Positions 1 through 11,495 of a DNA stretch of 64,000 nucleotides are shown in pieces (positions within the stretch are counted from its first letter, which is position 1; every line of letters starts with the position of its first letter). The stretch is from Escherichia coli. Its GTDB lineage: Bacteria; Pseudomonadota; Gammaproteobacteria; Enterobacterales; Enterobacteriaceae. A model generated the notes under the pieces. The model did not search any database and was not told the DNA's origin. It worked only from the letters and a program-made list of their open reading frames with translations. The translations under genes and the position numbers were made by a program. The stretch lies in NCBI RefSeq assembly GCF_036507355.1, contig NZ_AP027877.1. One strand, 5' to 3'.

Positions 1-1446
<1,446 letters not shown>

Positions 1447-1609
1447 TTAAACGGCTTAACAAAAATCCAGTAATATGGATTAAAAAGCAGACTAAACCCC
1501 AAATATTTCTTATGTTTTACTTTAGACCTATTCACGGTGGTTATTGTGTGCAAATACGCCTCTTGTTACAACCTTAACCCCAATGACCGATTTTCGGGAG
1601 AGCGACACC

Positions 1610-2248
1610 ATGAGTTTATTTGATAAAAAGCATCTGGTTTCCCCCGCCGATGCCCTGCCTGGACGTAACACCCCGATGCCCGTAGCCACGCTGCATGCGG
1701 TCAACGGTCACTCAATGACCAATGTACCTGACGGAATGGAGATTGCCATTTTTGCGATGGGTTGTTTCTGGGGTGTGGAGCGTCTGTTCTGGCAGTTACC
1801 CGGCGTTTACAGCACCGCCGCAGGTTATACCGGCGGCTATACGCCAAATCCGACTTATCGGGAAGTGTGCTCCGGTGATACTGGTCATGCCGAAGCGGTA
1901 CGCGTTGTTTACGATCCTTCCGTCATCAGCTATGAGCAGTTGCTACAGGTATTTTGGGAGAATCACGATCCCGCCCAGGGAATGCGTCAGGGCAATGACC
2001 ACGGCACGCAGTATCGTTCAGCGATTTATCCGCTGACCCCAGAACAGGATGCCGCAGCTCGCGCCAGTCTGGAACGTTTTCAGGCGGCGATGCTTGCCGC
2101 CGATGACGATCGTCGCATCACCACGGAAATCGCTAACGCCACACCGTTTTATTATGCCGAAGATGACCACCAGCAATATCTGCATAAAAACCCATATGGT
2201 TACTGTGGAATTGGCGGAATTGGCGTCTGTCTGCCGCCGGAAGCATAG
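1610..2248 (+). CDS. msrA: Peptide methionine sulfoxide reductase A
   Basis: ORF track 1544..2248; internal ATG at 1610 gives [18 protein letters not shown]..., 212 aa, GCFWG active-site motif. Confidence 0.95.
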   Translation: MSLFDKKHLVSPADALPGRNTPMPVATLHAVNGHSMTNVPDGMEIAIFAMGCFWGVERLFWQLPGVYSTAAGYTGGYTPNPTYREVCSGDTGHAEAVRVVYDPSVISYEQLLQVFWENHDPAQGMRQGNDHGTQYRSAIYPLTPEQDAAARASLERFQAAMLAADDDRRITTEIANATPFYYAEDDHQQYLHKNPYGYCGIGGIGVCLPPEA

Positions 2249-2293
2249 CGTTACGGGTACAAATGTAGTTTGTTGATAAAGTGCTCTTTGTCT

Positions 2294-2397
2294 ATGCCTG
2301 ATGCGGCGTAAACGACTTACCAGGCCTACAAAATCGTCCAAATTCAATATATTGCAAGGACTGCGTAGGCCTGATCGGCATAGCGTATCAGGCAGTT
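2294..2397. repeat. REP/BIME-like palindromic units in msrA-ytfL spacer
   Basis: GC-rich imperfect palindromes of the gcctgatgcggcg...aggcctac and gtaggcctgatcggcatagcgtatcaggc type. Confidence 0.55.
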
Positions 2398-2570
2398 TTG
2401 CATTTTTCAGCTGTCTGAATTTTAACCCTCTGGCGGCTTTACAGTACCTTACGCTATACTAGCCACTGAAAATGCCGGTTCACTTTCTTCGAATCGGCTT
2501 TCAATGTGTATTTCACACAAATTAATCAACTTCCCCTTCCGAGGATCTGGCCTGAAAGGTCGGATAAGAT

Positions 2571-3914
2571 ATGTTAAACAGTATTTTAGTCATACTCTGC
2601 TTGATCGCTGTAAGTGCGTTCTTCTCGATGTCCGAGATCTCGCTTGCCGCCTCACGCAAAATCAAACTTAAACTGCTGGCTGATGAAGGCAATATAAATG
2701 CCCAACGCGTTCTGAATATGCAGGAAAATCCCGGCATGTTCTTTACCGTGGTCCAAATCGGTCTGAACGCAGTGGCGATTCTCGGCGGTATCGTCGGTGA
2801 TGCGGCATTTTCTCCAGCTTTTCACAGCCTGTTCTCCCGCTATATGTCGGCAGAGCTCTCTGAGCAACTGAGCTTTATTCTCTCTTTCTCGTTAGTGACT
2901 GGCATGTTTATCCTGTTTGCGGATTTAACCCCGAAACGCATCGGTATGATTGCGCCAGAAGCTGTGGCTTTGCGTATCATCAACCCGATGCGCTTCTGCC
3001 TGTACGTTTGCACCCCGCTGGTGTGGTTCTTCAACGGCCTGGCGAACATAATCTTCCGTATTTTCAAACTGCCAATGGTACGTAAAGATGACATCACTTC
3101 TGATGACATCTACGCGGTAGTGGAAGCCGGTGCGCTGGCGGGCGTGTTACGTAAACAGGAACACGAGCTGATTGAAAACGTCTTTGAGCTGGAATCCCGT
3201 ACCGTTCCGTCTTCAATGACACCGCGTGAAAACGTGATTTGGTTTGATCTCCACGAAGATGAGCAAAGCCTGAAGAATAAGGTGGCGGAACATCCGCACT
3301 CTAAGTTCCTCGTCTGTAATGAAGATATTGACCACATCATCGGTTATGTCGATTCTAAAGACCTGCTGAACCGCGTGCTGGCTAACCAAAGCTTGGCACT
3401 GAACAGCGGCGTACAAATTCGCAACACGCTGATTGTGCCGGATACGTTAACCCTTTCAGAGGCGTTGGAAAGTTTTAAAACCGCAGGTGAAGACTTCGCG
3501 GTGATCATGAACGAGTACGCGCTGGTGGTGGGGATCATCACCCTCAATGACGTGATGACCACGCTGATGGGCGATCTGGTCGGTCAGGGGCTGGAAGAGC
3601 AGATTGTCGCCCGTGATGAGAACTCATGGCTGATTGACGGCGGCACCCCAATTGACGACGTCATGCGCGTGCTGGATATTGACGAGTTCCCGCAGTCGGG
3701 CAACTACGAAACCATCGGCGGCTTTATGATGTTTATGCTGCGTAAGATCCCGAAACGCACCGATTCGGTGAAATTCGCCGGCTACAAATTTGAAGTGGTG
3801 GATATCGATAACTACCGCATCGACCAGCTGCTGGTGACCCGGATCGACAGCAAGGCCACCGCCCTTTCGCCAAAACTGCCTGACGCTAAAGATAAAGAAG
3901 AAAGCGTCGCGTAA
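2571..3914 (+). CDS. ytfL: UPF0053/CNNM-type inner membrane protein (CBS pair and CorC_HlyC domains)
   Basis: ORF track 447 aa; hydrophobic N-terminus; family call from recognised sequence. Confidence 0.9.
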   Translation: MLNSILVILCLIAVSAFFSMSEISLAASRKIKLKLLADEGNINAQRVLNMQENPGMFFTVVQIGLNAVAILGGIVGDAAFSPAFHSLFSRYMSAELSEQLSFILSFSLVTGMFILFADLTPKRIGMIAPEAVALRIINPMRFCLYVCTPLVWFFNGLANIIFRIFKLPMVRKDDITSDDIYAVVEAGALAGVLRKQEHELIENVFELESRTVPSSMTPRENVIWFDLHEDEQSLKNKVAEHPHSKFLVCNEDIDHIIGYVDSKDLLNRVLANQSLALNSGVQIRNTLIVPDTLTLSEALESFKTAGEDFAVIMNEYALVVGIITLNDVMTTLMGDLVGQGLEEQIVARDENSWLIDGGTPIDDVMRVLDIDEFPQSGNYETIGGFMMFMLRKIPKRTDSVKFAGYKFEVVDIDNYRIDQLLVTRIDSKATALSPKLPDAKDKEESVA

Positions 3915-3930
3915 CCCCCAGAAACATCAA

Positions 3931-3951
3931 CGGCTCCTGAATCAGGAGCCG
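3931..3951. terminator. Hairpin between convergent ytfL and ytfK, probably bidirectional
   Basis: cggctcctg-aat-caggagccg, 9-bp perfect stem. Confidence 0.55.
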
Positions 3952-3956
3952 TCTTA

Positions 3957-3990
3957 TTACTGCATAGCACTTTTTACTGCATAGCACTTT
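3957..3990. repeat. Perfect 17-bp tandem duplication (TTACTGCATAGCACTTT x2)
   Basis: Units at 3957-3973 and 3974-3990 are identical and directly adjacent, ending 2 nt before the ytfK stop codon. Confidence 0.9.
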
Positions 3991-3992
3991 GG

Positions 3993-4199
3993 TTAAGCCA
4001 TCTCTGTTTGCAGACGCATAACCTGACGGTTAACTTCGGACATCACTGACAAATGCAGCTTATCCTTCACTTTTGGGATAAGAATCTTACCCTTATCAAA
4101 TTCAAAAGCGCCAACGTCCTTGATGTATAACCGTCCACGGAACAGGATCTTTACGTACTTCGCCACCTGAAGTGGGTTGTACCGTTGGAAAATTTTCAT
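3993..4199 (-). CDS. ytfK: Small protein YtfK (68 aa)
   Basis: ORF track 3993..4265; internal ATG at 4197-4199 gives [16 protein letters not shown]...; SD ggaga upstream. Confidence 0.9.
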
Positions 4200-4523
4200 T
4201 GTTATCTCCTGCTGAGTATTACGCCTGTGCGGTGCCACAATCGGCCCAACTATTATGAGGCGCAAATTTTAATGCTTAGTGACTATAGACTATCCGGGCA
4301 ATGTTTCCACCGCGTATAACTTTTTTTACCTAAAGGTTACAATTATTCAGAATTATCTTTTTACCGAAGCGCGGTCTTCAGTATAAGCATTCATTTTTCA
4401 TATGATTTGTGCGCTTGACCGCAAACTGGCATCACACTTGCGGGAAATTCGATAAATAGCACATATGATTAAAACTCAGACCCAAGTGGTCGGATCACCT
4501 GCATATCATAAGAAGGAAACACC

Positions 4524-5078
4524 ATGACCCTACGCAAGATTCTGGCACTCACCTGCCTGCTGTTGCCGATGATGGCTTCCGCACATCAGTTCGAAACCGG
4601 TCAGCGAGTGCCGCCGATTGGCATTACCGATCGGGGCGAGTTGGTGCTTGATAAAGATCAGTTTAGCTACAAAACCTGGAACAGCGCGCAGTTAGTGGGA
4701 AAAGTGCGAGTACTGCAACATATTGCTGGTCGCACCTCTGCAAAAGAGAAAAACGCGACGCTGATTGAAGCGATTAAATCAGCGAAGTTACCGCACGATC
4801 GTTACCAGACCACCACCATTGTTAACACCGACGACGCGATTCCGGGTTCCGGCATGTTTGTGCGCAGCAGTCTGGAGAGTAATAAAAAGCTTTATCCCTG
4901 GTCGCAGTTTATTGTCGATAGCAATGGCGTCGCGCGCGGTGCCTGGCAGCTGGATGAAGAAAGTTCTGCTGTAGTGGTGCTGGATAAGGATGGTCGCGTG
5001 CAATGGGCCAAAGACGGGGCGCTCACACCGGAAGAGGTGCAGCAAGTGATGGACCTGCTGCAAAAGTTGCTCAAATAA
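4524..5078 (+). CDS. ytfJ: Periplasmic protein YtfJ with signal peptide
   Basis: ORF track 184 aa; N-terminus MTLRKILALTCLLLPMMASA is signal-peptide-like; SD aaggaaa. Confidence 0.9.
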   Translation: MTLRKILALTCLLLPMMASAHQFETGQRVPPIGITDRGELVLDKDQFSYKTWNSAQLVGKVRVLQHIAGRTSAKEKNATLIEAIKSAKLPHDRYQTTTIVNTDDAIPGSGMFVRSSLESNKKLYPWSQFIVDSNGVARGAWQLDEESSAVVVLDKDGRVQWAKDGALTPEEVQQVMDLLQKLLK

Positions 5079-5110
5079 TGGCAATAACATAAATTCTGCA
5101 AAAATAATTT

Positions 5111-5139
5111 TCCCCTATCGTTATCTATGGGATAGGGGA
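5111..5139. terminator. Hairpin between convergent ytfJ and ytfI
   Basis: tcccctatc-gttatctatg-gatagggga inverted repeat. Confidence 0.5.
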
Positions 5140-5167
5140 ATTAAGTCTCTGAGTTCTTACGCCGAAC

Positions 5168-6079
5168 TCATACTGGTAACGCTAGTTGCTCTTTTTTAAA
5201 CGCCTCAATGGTCGATTTATATTTCTCGCAAATCTTTTCTTTGGTAATATCACTATCTGCGGCCAGATTCGCACTTACTATCGCATCCACTTGTTCGGCT
5301 AATTCGACTTGTTGGCAACCTGCATTAACCAGAAAATTATAAATAAGAGAGTAATCTTCATCCTCCAAAACAACAGAGGAACCATTACGAAAACGTTCAT
5401 CCCCTCCATAGATTTTAAGCGCAAAGCCCAAAGATTCTATGACTATGGCAAAATTATCATCAATTATTTTTTCGTAAATATACCATCCATCGCATTCTTT
5501 AATTCCACCTCCTGGTATTTGGAGTTCAAATTTACCCCGTTTTAATTTGCTTACTATATCCTCCAATAAGGCATAACCTAAAGACACGTCACCAATCGCC
5601 TGGTGAATATAACCTTTAATCCTTTTCGGTATGTCAGACTGTTTTTTCTGCAGAATATCCCAGGCATACAATCGTCTGTTTTGTTCTAACGGAAATTCAC
5701 GGTTTTTGAAATCCATGAATGAGTTATACTCATTTATTGTTATGGGGATTTCTTCGTATTCAAATCCACTGCCTCGCAATGTCATTGTATATTCGGCACC
5801 GTTATCTTTAAGGCTGAAACTGATAAGAAACTTATCCATGGCTTTAACAGTTTCATTTTTTGATGAAAGCACTTGATAACTACTTTTATCAATCTGAGTT
5901 GCGCAACGAAAGAACTCCCGCAAAGTTAACAGGCTATCATAATTTGAAATCCAATCTTTTTTATTAAATGCATGCTGGATATTGTTAAAAAAATTGTTTG
6001 AATGTGTTTTTGTATACGAAGACTTTACAAATAACTCCACCGCACCAATAAAATTATTGTGTCTGATCCTGGGTAACAT
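5168..6079 (-). CDS. ytfI: Uncharacterised protein YtfI (low-GC gene)
   Basis: ORF track 303 aa; AT-rich coding and upstream region; no motif recognised. Confidence 0.8.
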   Translation of the reverse strand: MLPRIRHNNFIGAVELFVKSSYTKTHSNNFFNNIQHAFNKKDWISNYDSLLTLREFFRCATQIDKSSYQVLSSKNETVKAMDKFLISFSLKDNGAEYTMTLRGSGFEYEEIPITINEYNSFMDFKNREFPLEQNRRLYAWDILQKKQSDIPKRIKGYIHQAIGDVSLGYALLEDIVSKLKRGKFELQIPGGGIKECDGWYIYEKIIDDNFAIVIESLGFALKIYGGDERFRNGSSVVLEDEDYSLIYNFLVNAGCQQVELAEQVDAIVSANLAADSDITKEKICEKYKSTIEAFKKEQLALPV

Positions 6080-6290
6080 ATGACAACCTTATTTTATTTG
6101 GTTACTTTATGTCGCCATTAAATATCTCATTATAAAAGTAAACTATCAAAAAACGCTCATTATTAAAATGTAACTTATTAGCAATTGAATTTTTGCACTT
6201 TAAATACAATCTCTTTTTATTTATAACTTTTTAGGTTGGGAGAAATCAGGATGGCAGAATCAGGAAATACACTGTTTCTGCCATCTGAAT

Positions 6291-7031
6291 TTAGTAAATA
6301 GACACTCTGAACCCCGGATTCAGGAACGACTCGCGCGGAGTGTAATCCAGCGGTTTACCCTGCCAGTCGTGAACATGCGCTCCGGCAGCTGCAGCCACAG
6401 CATGTCCAGCGGCGGTGTCCCAAATATTCGTTGGTCCGAAGCGCGGGTACAGCTGCGCCTGTCCTTCCGCCACCAGGCAGAATTTCAACGAAGAGCCGAT
6501 GGACGTGGTCTGATGTTCGCCAAGCTGTTGCAGATACTCTTTCAGCTCCGCATCTGCATGGGAACGGCTGATAACCACCAGCGGCGGGCGCGCATCGCGG
6601 ACCTGAATCTGCTTGCGCACACCGCACTCTTCTTTCCAGGCCTTGCTTTCTGCCGCGCTGTACATTACGTTCATTACCGGCGCATACACCACACCTAAAA
6701 TCGGTTTGCCATGGTCAATGAGCGCAATGTTAACGGTGAATTCGCCATTACGTTTAATAAACTCTTTCGTACCATCCAGCGGGTCTACCAGCCAGTAACG
6801 CTGCCAGTGCTGACGGACTTCCCAACCAGGAGGATCTTCTTCAGAAAGGACCGGAATATCCGGTGTCAGCGTACGTAAACCGTCCATGATAACGGTGTGT
6901 GCGGCAATATCCGCTGCCGTTACCGGAGAATTGTCCGCTTTGCTGACGACGTCCATCGGTTTCGTCCCGTCGTAGACCTGCATAATGGCATCGCCTGCAT
7001 TCCGTGCAAGCTGGCATACTTGATCTAACAT
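6291..7031 (-). CDS. cysQ: 3'(2'),5'-bisphosphate nucleotidase CysQ
   Basis: ORF track 246 aa; inositol-monophosphatase family, WLVDPLDGT motif. Confidence 0.95.
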   Translation of the reverse strand: MLDQVCQLARNAGDAIMQVYDGTKPMDVVSKADNSPVTAADIAAHTVIMDGLRTLTPDIPVLSEEDPPGWEVRQHWQRYWLVDPLDGTKEFIKRNGEFTVNIALIDHGKPILGVVYAPVMNVMYSAAESKAWKEECGVRKQIQVRDARPPLVVISRSHADAELKEYLQQLGEHQTTSIGSSLKFCLVAEGQAQLYPRFGPTNIWDTAAGHAVAAAAGAHVHDWQGKPLDYTPRESFLNPGFRVSIY

Positions 7032-7222
7032 TTCTCCACCTCGTCTCTGTGAGCGGTGTTAACTTATTGTTTTACTTATACCCTATCATTAATGAATGCG
7101 CCAACTGTGATAGTGTCATCATTTTCAAAGCGTAAAATTGTGGCATTCTTCACTGTTCTATAAGTAAGACGTTTATTCTCCCTTTTCTTTCGTATTCCCG
7201 ATGATAAAAGGATGTCCCTGAT

Positions 7223-7231
7223 GATTAAGTT
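7223..7231. repeat. IS1 target-site duplication, left copy (GATTAAGTT)
   Basis: 9-mer immediately left of IS1 left inverted repeat, identical to 8000-8008. Confidence 0.9.
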
Positions 7232-7286
7232 GGTGATGCTGCCAACTTACTGATTTAGTGTATGATGGTGTTTTTGAGGTGCTCCA

Positions 7287-7562
7287 GTGGCTTCTGTTTC
7301 TATCAGCTGTCCCTCCTGTTCAGCTACTGACGGGGTGGTGCGTAACGGCAAAAGCACCGCCGGACATCAGCGCTATCTCTGCTCTCACTGCCGTAAAACA
7401 TGGCAACTGCAGTTCACTTACACCGCTTCTCAACCCGGTACGCACCAGAAAATCATTGATATGGCCATGAATGGCGTTGGATGCCGGGCAACAGCCCGCA
7501 TTATGGGCATTGGCCTCAACACGATTTTACGTCACTTAAAAAACTCAGGCCGCAGTCGGTAA
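7287..7562 (+). CDS. insA: IS1 InsA
   Basis: ORF track 91 aa, [40 protein letters not shown]... Confidence 0.95.
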   Translation: MASVSISCPSCSATDGVVRNGKSTAGHQRYLCSHCRKTWQLQFTYTASQPGTHQKIIDMAMNGVGCRATARIMGIGLNTILRHLKNSGRSR

Positions 7563-7984
7563 CCTCGCGCATACAGCCGGGCAGTGACGTCATCGTCTGC
7601 GCGGAAATGGACGAACAGTGGGGCTATGTCGGGGCTAAATCGCGCCAGCGCTGGCTGTTTTACGCGTATGACAGGCTCCGGAAGACGGTTGTTGCGCACG
7701 TATTCGGTGAACGCACGATGGCGACGCTGGGGCGTCTTATGAGCCTGCTGTCACCCTTTGACGTGGTGATATGGATGACGGATGGCTGGCCGCTGTATGA
7801 ATCCCGCCTGAAGGGAAAGCTGCACGTAATCAGCAAGCGATATACGCAGCGAATTGAGCGGCATAACCTGAATCTGAGGCAGCACCTGGCACGGCTGGGA
7901 CGGAAGTCGCTGTCGTTCTCAAAATCGGTGGAGCTGCATGACAAAGTCATCGGGCATTATCTGAACATAAAACACTATCAATAA
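7481..7984 (+). CDS. insB: IS1 InsB reading frame (expressed as InsAB' by -1 frameshift)
   Basis: ORF track 167 aa overlapping insA 3' end in the -1 frame. Confidence 0.9.
   Translation: MPGNSPHYGHWPQHDFTSLKKLRPQSVTSRIQPGSDVIVCAEMDEQWGYVGAKSRQRWLFYAYDRLRKTVVAHVFGERTMATLGRLMSLLSPFDVVIWMTDGWPLYESRLKGKLHVISKRYTQRIERHNLNLRQHLARLGRKSLSFSKSVELHDKVIGHYLNIKHYQ
7538..7544 (+). other. IS1 programmed -1 ribosomal frameshift motif A AAA AAC
   Basis: ttaaaaaac lies in the insA frame (L-K-N) within the insA/insB overlap. Confidence 0.8.
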
Positions 7985-7999
7985 GTTGGAGTCATTACC

Positions 8000-8008
8000 G
8001 ATTAAGTT
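8000..8008. repeat. IS1 target-site duplication, right copy (GATTAAGTT)
   Basis: Identical 9-mer immediately right of IS1 right inverted repeat. Confidence 0.9.
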
Positions 8009-9954
8009 TAGCGCAACGCTCCTGGCCACGCTGATTGCCGCCAGTGTGAATGCAGCGACGGTCGATCTGCGTATCATGGAAACCACTGATCTGCATAGCA
8101 ACATGATGGATTTCGATTATTACAAAGACACCGCCACGGAAAAATTCGGACTGGTACGTACGGCAAGCCTGATTAACGATGCCCGCAATGAAGTGAAAAA
8201 CAGCGTACTGGTCGATAACGGCGATTTGATTCAGGGGAGTCCGCTGGCCGATTACATGTCGGAGAAAGGATTAAAAGCAGGTGATGTTCATCCGGTTTAT
8301 AAGGCGCTGAATACGCTGGATTATACGGTCGGTACACTCGGCAATCATGAATTTAACTACGGTCTGGATTACCTGAAAAATGCGCTGGCGGGAGCGAAAT
8401 TCCCTTATGTAAATGCCAACGTCATTGACGCCAGAACCAAACAGCCAATGTTTACACCGTATTTAATTAAAGATACCGAAGTGGTCGATAAAGACGGAAA
8501 AAAACAGACGCTGAAGATTGGCTATATTGGCGTCGTGCCGCCGCAAATCATGGGCTGGGATAAAGCTAATTTATCCGGAAAAGTGACGGTGAATGATATT
8601 ACCGAAACCGTGCGCAAATACGTGCCTGAAATGCGCGAGAAAGGTGCCGATGTCGTTGTCGTTCTGGCGCATTCCGGGCTGTCTGCCGATCCGTATAAAG
8701 TAATGGCGGAAAACTCAGTTTATTACCTCAGTGAAATTCCGGGCGTTAACGCCATTATGTTTGGCCATGCTCACGCCGTTTTCCCGGGTAAAGATTTTGC
8801 TGATATCGAAGGGGCTGATATCACCAAAGGCACGCTGAATGGTGTTCCGGCGGTAATGCCGGGCATGTGGGGCGATCATCTTGGTGTGGTCGACTTACAA
8901 CTCAGTAATGACAGCGGTAAATGGCAGGTGACGCAAGCGAAAGCGGAAGCACGACCGATTTACGACATCGCTAATAAAAAATCCCTCGCGGCGGAAGACA
9001 GCAAGCTGGTAGAAACACTCAAAGCCGATCACGATGCCACACGCCAGTTCGTCAGCAAGCCAATCGGTAAATCTGCCGACAATATGTATAGCTATCTGGC
9101 GCTGGTGCAGGACGATCCGACCGTGCAGGTGGTGAACAACGCGCAAAAAGCGTATGTCGAGCATTACATTCAGGGCGATCCGGATCTGGCAAAACTGCCG
9201 GTGCTTTCAGCTGCCGCACCGTTTAAAGTTGGTGGTCGCAAAAATGACCCGGCAAGCTATGTAGAGGTGGAAAAAGGTCAGCTGACTTTCCGTAATGCCG
9301 CCGATCTTTATCTCTATCCCAATACGCTGATTGTGGTGAAAGCCAGCGGTAAAGAGGTGAAAGAGTGGCTGGAGTGCTCCGCCGGACAGTTTAACCAGAT
9401 TGATCCCAACAGCACGAAACCACAGTCACTCATCAACTGGGACGGTTTCCGCACCTATAACTTTGATGTTATTGATGGTGTGAATTATCAGATTGATGTT
9501 ACCCAGCCCGCCCGTTATGACGGCGAGTGCCAGATGATTAATGCCAATGCGGAAAGGATTAAGAACCTGACCTTTAATGGCAAGCCGATTGATCCGAACG
9601 CTATGTTCCTCGTTGCCACCAATAACTATCGCGCTTACGGCGGCAAATTTGCCGGTACGGGCGACAGCCATATCGCTTTTGCTTCACCGGATGAGAACCG
9701 CTCGGTGCTGGCAGCGTGGATTGCTGATGAGTCGAAACGTGCGGGGGAAATTCACCCGGCGGCAGATAACAACTGGCGTTTAGCACCGATAGCTGGCGAT
9801 AAGAAACTGGATATCCGTTTCGAAACCTCTCCGTCAGATAAAGCCGCAGCGTTTATTAAAGAGAAAGGGCAATATCCGATGAATAAAGTCGCGACCGATG
9901 ATATCGGGTTTGCGATTTATCAGGTGGATTTGAGTAAGTAAAACACTTCTTTTT

Positions 9955-10065
9955 CGGCCTATAAATCATCAATCGCATCCGGCATTTATTGGCGGATGCG
10001 ATGCTGGTGCATCTTATCCGCCCTACAAGTCATACACCGTAGGCCGCGTATCCGGCAGTTATGCC
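9955..10065. repeat. REP/BIME-like palindromic units downstream of cpdB
   Basis: gcatccggcatttattggcggatgcg and gtaggccgcgtatccggcag type palindromes. Confidence 0.55.
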
Positions 10066-10439
10066 GCACGTTCATCCCGCACCGCTAACACCTCGGGCAA
10101 ATTCAACTCAATCCAGTCCGCCAGTGCAGCAACCTTTTCGCTCACCTGCTCGCCCAGCGGCGTGAGGCTATATTCCACATGCGGCGGCACCACCGGATAC
10201 GCGATACGGTTAAGAAAACCATCCTGCTCTAGCGCCTGTAACGACTGCGCAAGCATCTTTTCACTCACCCCGCCCATTTTGCGCCGCAGGTCGCTAAAGC
10301 GATGAGTACCTTCGCGTAGCGCCACCAGAATCAACACCCCCCAACGGCTGGTGACGTGTTTCAACACCTCGCGCGACGGGCACTGTTCCGCAAAGAGATT
10401 ACCCTCTTTCAGTTGTTGCGACAGGCTAACCTGACTCAT
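10059..10439 (-). CDS. ytfH: HxlR-family transcriptional regulator
   Basis: ORF track 10059..10550; internal ATG at 10437-10439 gives MSQVSLSQQLKEGNLFAEQCPSREVL..., 126 aa. Confidence 0.9.
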   Translation of the reverse strand: MSQVSLSQQLKEGNLFAEQCPSREVLKHVTSRWGVLILVALREGTHRFSDLRRKMGGVSEKMLAQSLQALEQDGFLNRIAYPVVPPHVEYSLTPLGEQVSEKVAALADWIELNLPEVLAVRDERAA

Positions 10440-10527
10440 TTCATACTTACCTTTTTGTATGTACTTACTAAAAGTAAGTTTAGGTGTTAGCGTATTTAAA
10501 CACAAGACAAAACGATGGAGACTTCCC

Positions 10528-11388
10528 ATGATCGCTATTACTGGTGCCACTGGCCAACTTGGTCACTATGTTATTGAATCCTTGATGAAAACGGTTCCTG
10601 CCAGCCAAATAGTGGCTATCGTTCGTAATCCGGCAAAAGCCCAGGCCCTGTCAGCACAAGGCATTACCGTGCGTCAGGCTGACTACGGCGATGAAGCCGC
10701 ACTGACATCTGCACTTCAGGGAGTGGAAAAACTACTGCTGATCTCTTCCAGCGAAGTGGGTCAACGTGCCCCGCAGCATCGTAATGTTATTAATGCCGCA
10801 AAGACGGCTGGCGTGAAATTTATCGCTTATACCAGCCTGCTACATGCAGATACCTCCCCGCTCGGCCTCGCCGATGAGCACATTGAGACGGAGAAAATGT
10901 TGGCTGATTCTGGCATCGTTTACACCCTGCTGCGCAACGGCTGGTACAGCGAAAACTACCTCGCCAGCGCCCCGGCAGCACTGGAACACGGCGTATTTAT
11001 CGGTGCGGCGGGCGATGGCAAAATCGCCTCAGCAACGCGGGCAGATTATGCGGCAGCTGCGGCACGCGTGATTAGCGAAGCCGGTCACGAAGGCAAGGTT
11101 TACGAACTGGCGGGCGATAGTGCCTGGACGTTGACACAGTTAGCGGCAGAGCTGACCAAACAGAGCGGCAAACAGGTTACCTATCAAAATCTGAGCGAAG
11201 CCGATTTCGCCGCGGCACTGAAAAGCGTCGGACTGCCCGACGGACTGGCGGATATGCTGGCGGATTCTGACGTTGGCGCATCGAAAGGCGGTCTATTTGA
11301 TGACAGCAAAACGCTTAGCAAATTGATTGGCCGCCCAACGACAACGTTAGCCGAAAGCGTAAGCCATCTTTTTAATGTTAATAACTAG
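10528..11388 (+). CDS. qorB: NAD(P)H:quinone oxidoreductase (NmrA-like)
   Basis: ORF track 10459..11388; ATG at 10528 gives MIAITGATGQLGHYVIESL... (Rossmann GxxGxxG); SD gatggag. Confidence 0.9.
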   Translation: MIAITGATGQLGHYVIESLMKTVPASQIVAIVRNPAKAQALSAQGITVRQADYGDEAALTSALQGVEKLLLISSSEVGQRAPQHRNVINAAKTAGVKFIAYTSLLHADTSPLGLADEHIETEKMLADSGIVYTLLRNGWYSENYLASAPAALEHGVFIGAAGDGKIASATRADYAAAAARVISEAGHEGKVYELAGDSAWTLTQLAAELTKQSGKQVTYQNLSEADFAAALKSVGLPDGLADMLADSDVGASKGGLFDDSKTLSKLIGRPTTTLAESVSHLFNVNN

Positions 11389-11495
11389 TTAATTAAAGTG
11401 GCATCCTCCCGCATCCTCTCTGATAATGACGGGATGCCGGGAGCAATCATGTCTGCTTCCTGAACTTTCTTCTGACAGACCAATGGATGCCAGTA

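Larger units (their letters stand above)
7232..7999 (+). mobile_element. IS1 insertion sequence, complete 768 bp
   Basis: Left IR ggtgatgctgccaacttactgat at 7232; right IR ...atcaataagttggagtcattacc ending 7999; insA and insB ORFs; flanking 9-bp direct repeats. Confidence 0.95.
7221..9941 (+). pseudogene. cpdB: 2',3'-cyclic-nucleotide 2'-phosphodiesterase/3'-nucleotidase gene interrupted by IS1 after codon 3; body 8000..9941 intact
   Basis: ATG ATT AAG TT at 7221-7231 (MIK) is separated from ...GATTAAGTTTAGCGCAACG... ([18 protein letters not shown]...) at 8000 onward by a 768-bp IS1. Confidence 0.85.

Noticed and set aside
4200-4523. Possible Pho box or small ORF in the ytfK-ytfJ divergent spacer
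   Set aside because: No convincing CTGTCAT direct repeats or RBS-preceded short ORF could be identified by eye; left unannotated.
7986-9941. ORF-track 651-aa ORF beginning [13 protein letters not shown], which looks like an intact cpdB with a novel N-terminus
   Set aside because: The first 14 nt derive from the IS1 right inverted repeat and start at TTG; the native ATG is at 7221 upstream of the IS1. It is an insertion-created extension, not the native gene start.
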